DNA of 64,000 bases, taken from NCBI GenBank assembly GCA_017556795.1, contig JAFYLZ010000001.1, forward strand, positions 55,499 to 119,498, written 5' to 3'. Shown piece after piece: positions 61,510 through 64,000 of this stretch. The stretch's first letter is position 1, and each line of letters starts with the position of its first letter. Made by a program: the position numbers and the translations under genes. Source of the stretch: Candidatus Saccharimonadota bacterium. GTDB lineage: Bacteria; Patescibacteriota; Saccharimonadia; Saccharimonadales; Saccharimonadaceae. The notes beneath the pieces were generated by a model. The model worked only from the letters and a program-made list of their open reading frames with translations. It did not search any database and was not told the origin of the DNA.

Positions 61510-62380
61510 TTTGTAGGGCCTCAATTATGTTTTTAGCTGTAGCCTGAATAGCTGGAACGGCTACGGAGTTTCCGAGTTGTTTCATTGCTTGAGTTTCGGA
61601 TACTGGAAAGATGAATGAATCTGGAAAACCCTGCATTCTTAGACCCTCTTTTGGCCCCATACATTTTTCTACACCATCAACAATATAGCAATCCCAGTTT
61701 CGCCTGTCATTCACGCCAGAATGTCTGCCGCCAACACGCAATGTAAAACCAATCTTTTTATCGACATGGCCATCCCAGACATCGCTCATAGTCATTTTTA
61801 GTGGAACTGGCTCTGGAAATTCATATGGCGTATTCTTATTTTTAAAACCTACCATGTAAAGTCTAGGCCTATGTTGTGGAACTCCGTAGTCGGAAGCCTT
61901 AATGATTTTATAGTGAAGGCTATAGCCGAGATCCTCCGTAAGAACCTTTTTAATTGTCGCAAAAGTCTTACCATTATCATGTGTTAGTAGGCCACGAACA
62001 TTCTCCAAAAAGAAAGCTCTCGGCTGTTTTTCCTTGATGATTCTAGCGACATCAAAGAATAGAGTACCTCTAGTTTCATTGAACCCCTTTTTGAGACCCG
62101 CTTGCGAGAATGGCTGGCATGGAAAACCGCCCGTAAGAATATCAAAGTCTGGAATGTCTTTTGCGTCTACTTTTGTAATATCACCGACAAATAATCGTTT
62201 CTCGTCCTCGAAAATCTTTGGGGATATTTTTTGATAGTTGGCTTTGTATGTTTTTCTAGCGGCATCATCCCACTCAGAAACAAAAACGCATTCCGCTCCT
62301 AAATTATGAAAAGCCGTATGAAAACCGCCAATTCCAGCAAAAAGGTCAATAAAAGTATATTTCTTTTGTTTTTTAGCCAT
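61493..62380 (-). CDS. DNA (cytosine-5)-methyltransferase
   Basis: FIDLFAGIGG, GGFPCQPFS, ENV, QHRPR, QLGNSV. Confidence 0.96.
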   Translation of the reverse strand: MAKKQKKYTFIDLFAGIGGFHTAFHNLGAECVFVSEWDDAARKTYKANYQKISPKIFEDEKRLFVGDITKVDAKDIPDFDILTGGFPCQPFSQAGLKKGFNETRGTLFFDVARIIKEKQPRAFFLENVRGLLTHDNGKTFATIKKVLTEDLGYSLHYKIIKASDYGVPQHRPRLYMVGFKNKNTPYEFPEPVPLKMTMSDVWDGHVDKKIGFTLRVGGRHSGVNDRRNWDCYIVDGVEKCMGPKEGLRMQGFPDSFIFPVSETQAMKQLGNSVAVPAIQATAKNIIEALQNEDLQ

Positions 62381-62497
62381 TGTGCCTCACTTTCAGAATT
62401 CGGAGACGCTGGCTGATAGAAAATCTGCTAATGCTGCACGGCATTTTTAATACACTCCACTTAAATTACTACTTATATTATATCATGAAAAACATAC

Positions 62498-63268
62498 TTA
62501 TCGCAGAGCTTCAAGTGTCTTAACTGGAAGAATAGTGTCTTTCTTATAAATAGGGAGAAGAGAATTTATGTCTGCCGTTTCATTGTATTTAAAGGACAAA
62601 AACGGAGTAATATCCATTGCATTATTGTTTGTTTTAGATTCGTATATTTGAAAACCTAGTGGAGGAAAATCTATTTCGAATTTTGCATCAATGCGGCCAT
62701 CGTCCATTAATAATGCTATTGGGCCAGTTGAGCCTGGAATTGAGTCAGGCGTTAATAAAAACATCAGTAATTGGAATGGGCAGTTATCGCCCTGGATGCT
62801 CGTATTCTTATCGAGTATGAGCTTTTGAATAATCGGATATTGCTCTTTAATTTTCGGATATGAGCAGCAAAACATTGATAATACTTGCTTCGCAAAGTTC
62901 AACGGCTCTATCCTTGCATTCAATTGCAATCCACTCGCCTTCATGTAATCATCGTAATTATCTGCAATAAGCTTCAAAATAGAATTATTGAAGTTTATAT
63001 ATGCGGGAGCATACAAATGGCCAGTCATATTATTGCATTTGGCGCACAATAAGTAGTCGCCATATCCCTTTTGTCTATCGCTATAGTGAAGGCCTTCAAA
63101 TGATTTTGGGATCTGTTTGCTATCCTTTGTTTTCTCCAAAATATTTTCCATTGAATACATTCTAGATGGCTTATCATTAAAAGCGGCTCTTGGAGGTATA
63201 TGCTCAAAAGTCAATTCGCACTCAAGCCCACAAATAGCACAAAAACCTTTCCTAGGCTTTTTCTTCAT
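62498..63268 (-). CDS. HNH endonuclease-like protein
   Basis: CAICG...TFEHIPP...LLCAKCNN zinc/HNH arrangement. Confidence 0.75.
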   Translation of the reverse strand: MKKKPRKGFCAICGLECELTFEHIPPRAAFNDKPSRMYSMENILEKTKDSKQIPKSFEGLHYSDRQKGYGDYLLCAKCNNMTGHLYAPAYINFNNSILKLIADNYDDYMKASGLQLNARIEPLNFAKQVLSMFCCSYPKIKEQYPIIQKLILDKNTSIQGDNCPFQLLMFLLTPDSIPGSTGPIALLMDDGRIDAKFEIDFPPLGFQIYESKTNNNAMDITPFLSFKYNETADINSLLPIYKKDTILPVKTLEALR

Positions 63269-63272
63269 ATTG

Positions 63273-64000
63273 TTAGTCCGATTCTGAAAAACTTACTTTA
63301 TATAGAACTGGAGACGATAGCTCAGCTATTTTATTTCGTAGCTGTTCCATGTTGAGCTCTTTGATTTTTGGATTATTGCCATAGATACCAGTGATGTAAT
63401 AAATGGAATAGCAGCTATCATCCGCAAGATGTCGAAGCTCGTTATCCGTAATATAAAAATCAACGAAACTATTTTTTGTACCGCTAGTAGTTTTAACTTC
63501 GATATGTTTTTCTTTTCCAGTAATTGGGTCGAAGGAAAGTATATCATAACCGAGCGAGTCGTCGTATTCCGAAACATGAGTAACTTTGTCGGCTAAATCT
63601 TGTCTTCCACTGGCCGCCAATGTTTCTTTCTCAAAATCTAAAACGGCTATCTCTCCTTCACGACCAGTTTTTTGCTTATATTCCGATGCTTTTTGATAGT
63701 CTGGCTTGTACGGTTTATGCTTTGTTTCATTCTTATTGGACGGAACCGATTGAGCTTGTTCTATGGCTCGATATTCACCAGTAGACTTTTGAAAAGTGAG
63801 AGTCTTGCCGATAATTTCAGGAGTTTCCTCATTAATCTCCTCGGTGTCTTTTCGCTTCACTTCACTAAAGTAGGTATATAAGAAGTTACTGAACTTAAGG
63901 TTATTCCAAGCTCGCATTACGCCATTTGAGTTTTTGATTTCAAGCAGTTTTTGCTTCGCTAACTCTACAGGAGGATATTCGACGACGCCTAATTGTTTTA
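63273..64000 (-). CDS. DUF3883/NO VEIN-like PD-(D/E)XK nuclease domain protein (5' end outside window)
   Basis: GREGE...V.HVS..DDSLGYDILSF...IEVKTT; the frame stays open upstream of ATG 63917 to base 64000 (KQLGVVEYPPVELAKQKLLEIKNSNGV). Confidence 0.8.
   Translation of the reverse strand, partial: KQLGVVEYPPVELAKQKLLEIKNSNGVMRAWNNLKFSNFLYTYFSEVKRKDTEEINEETPEIIGKTLTFQKSTGEYRAIEQAQSVPSNKNETKHKPYKPDYQKASEYKQKTGREGEIAVLDFEKETLAASGRQDLADKVTHVSEYDDSLGYDILSFDPITGKEKHIEVKTTSGTKNSFVDFYITDNELRHLADDSCYSIYYITGIYGNNPKIKELNMEQLRNKIAELSSPVLYKVSFSESD

Larger units (their letters stand above)
58316..64000 (-). mobile_element. Integrative defence island at the tRNA-Arg(GCG) 3' end (right end outside window)
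   Basis: Abrupt shift to AT-rich sequence at the tRNA 3' end, integrase at the junction, R-M and nuclease cargo. Confidence 0.85.

Noticed and set aside
62373-62444. 23-codon ORF in the methyltransferase leader as an R-M controller (C) protein
   Set aside because: Too short, with no HTH and no SD
1-64000. Alternative genetic code (UGA=Gly) as in some CPR lineages
   Set aside because: TGA acts as a stop in ATGA overlaps (mutM/holA, valS/HIT, pil genes), and core proteins are full length under code 11

Overview
Chromosomal window from a Candidatus Saccharibacteria (TM7, Patescibacteria/CPR) genome using standard code 11. This is inferred from the compact gene set, the type IV pilus locus, VirB2-like and G|D-type pilins, the Lys/Ala-tailed S20 and tight intergenic spacing. 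About 58 kb is core-like: polA-mutM-holA, pnp, rpsO, dnaG-rpoD, argS, valS, pyrG, ftsK, rpsF-ssb-rpsR-efp, a pilM-N-O-B-T-C operon with pilD and pilins, and five tRNAs. Accessory genes are interspersed: a small alarmone synthetase splitting rpsO-pnp, an APH-kinase/zeta-like kinase pair, a BspA/DUF285 repeat surface protein, a GT2 synthase plus GH5 glucanase pair, and a stand-alone IS1634-like N-terminal domain with its own promoter. From about 58.3 kb to the window end lies an AT-rich island at tRNA-Arg(GCG). It carries a large serine recombinase whose CDS runs antisense through the tRNA, a small partner ORF behind an attenuator-like hairpin, an HpaII-family R-M pair, an HNH nuclease and a DUF3883-like nuclease (partial). 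Many first-in-operon genes have an extended -10 box exactly 6-7 nt before the start codon, which points to leaderless mRNAs. All family calls come from motif recognition by eye; no searches were run.
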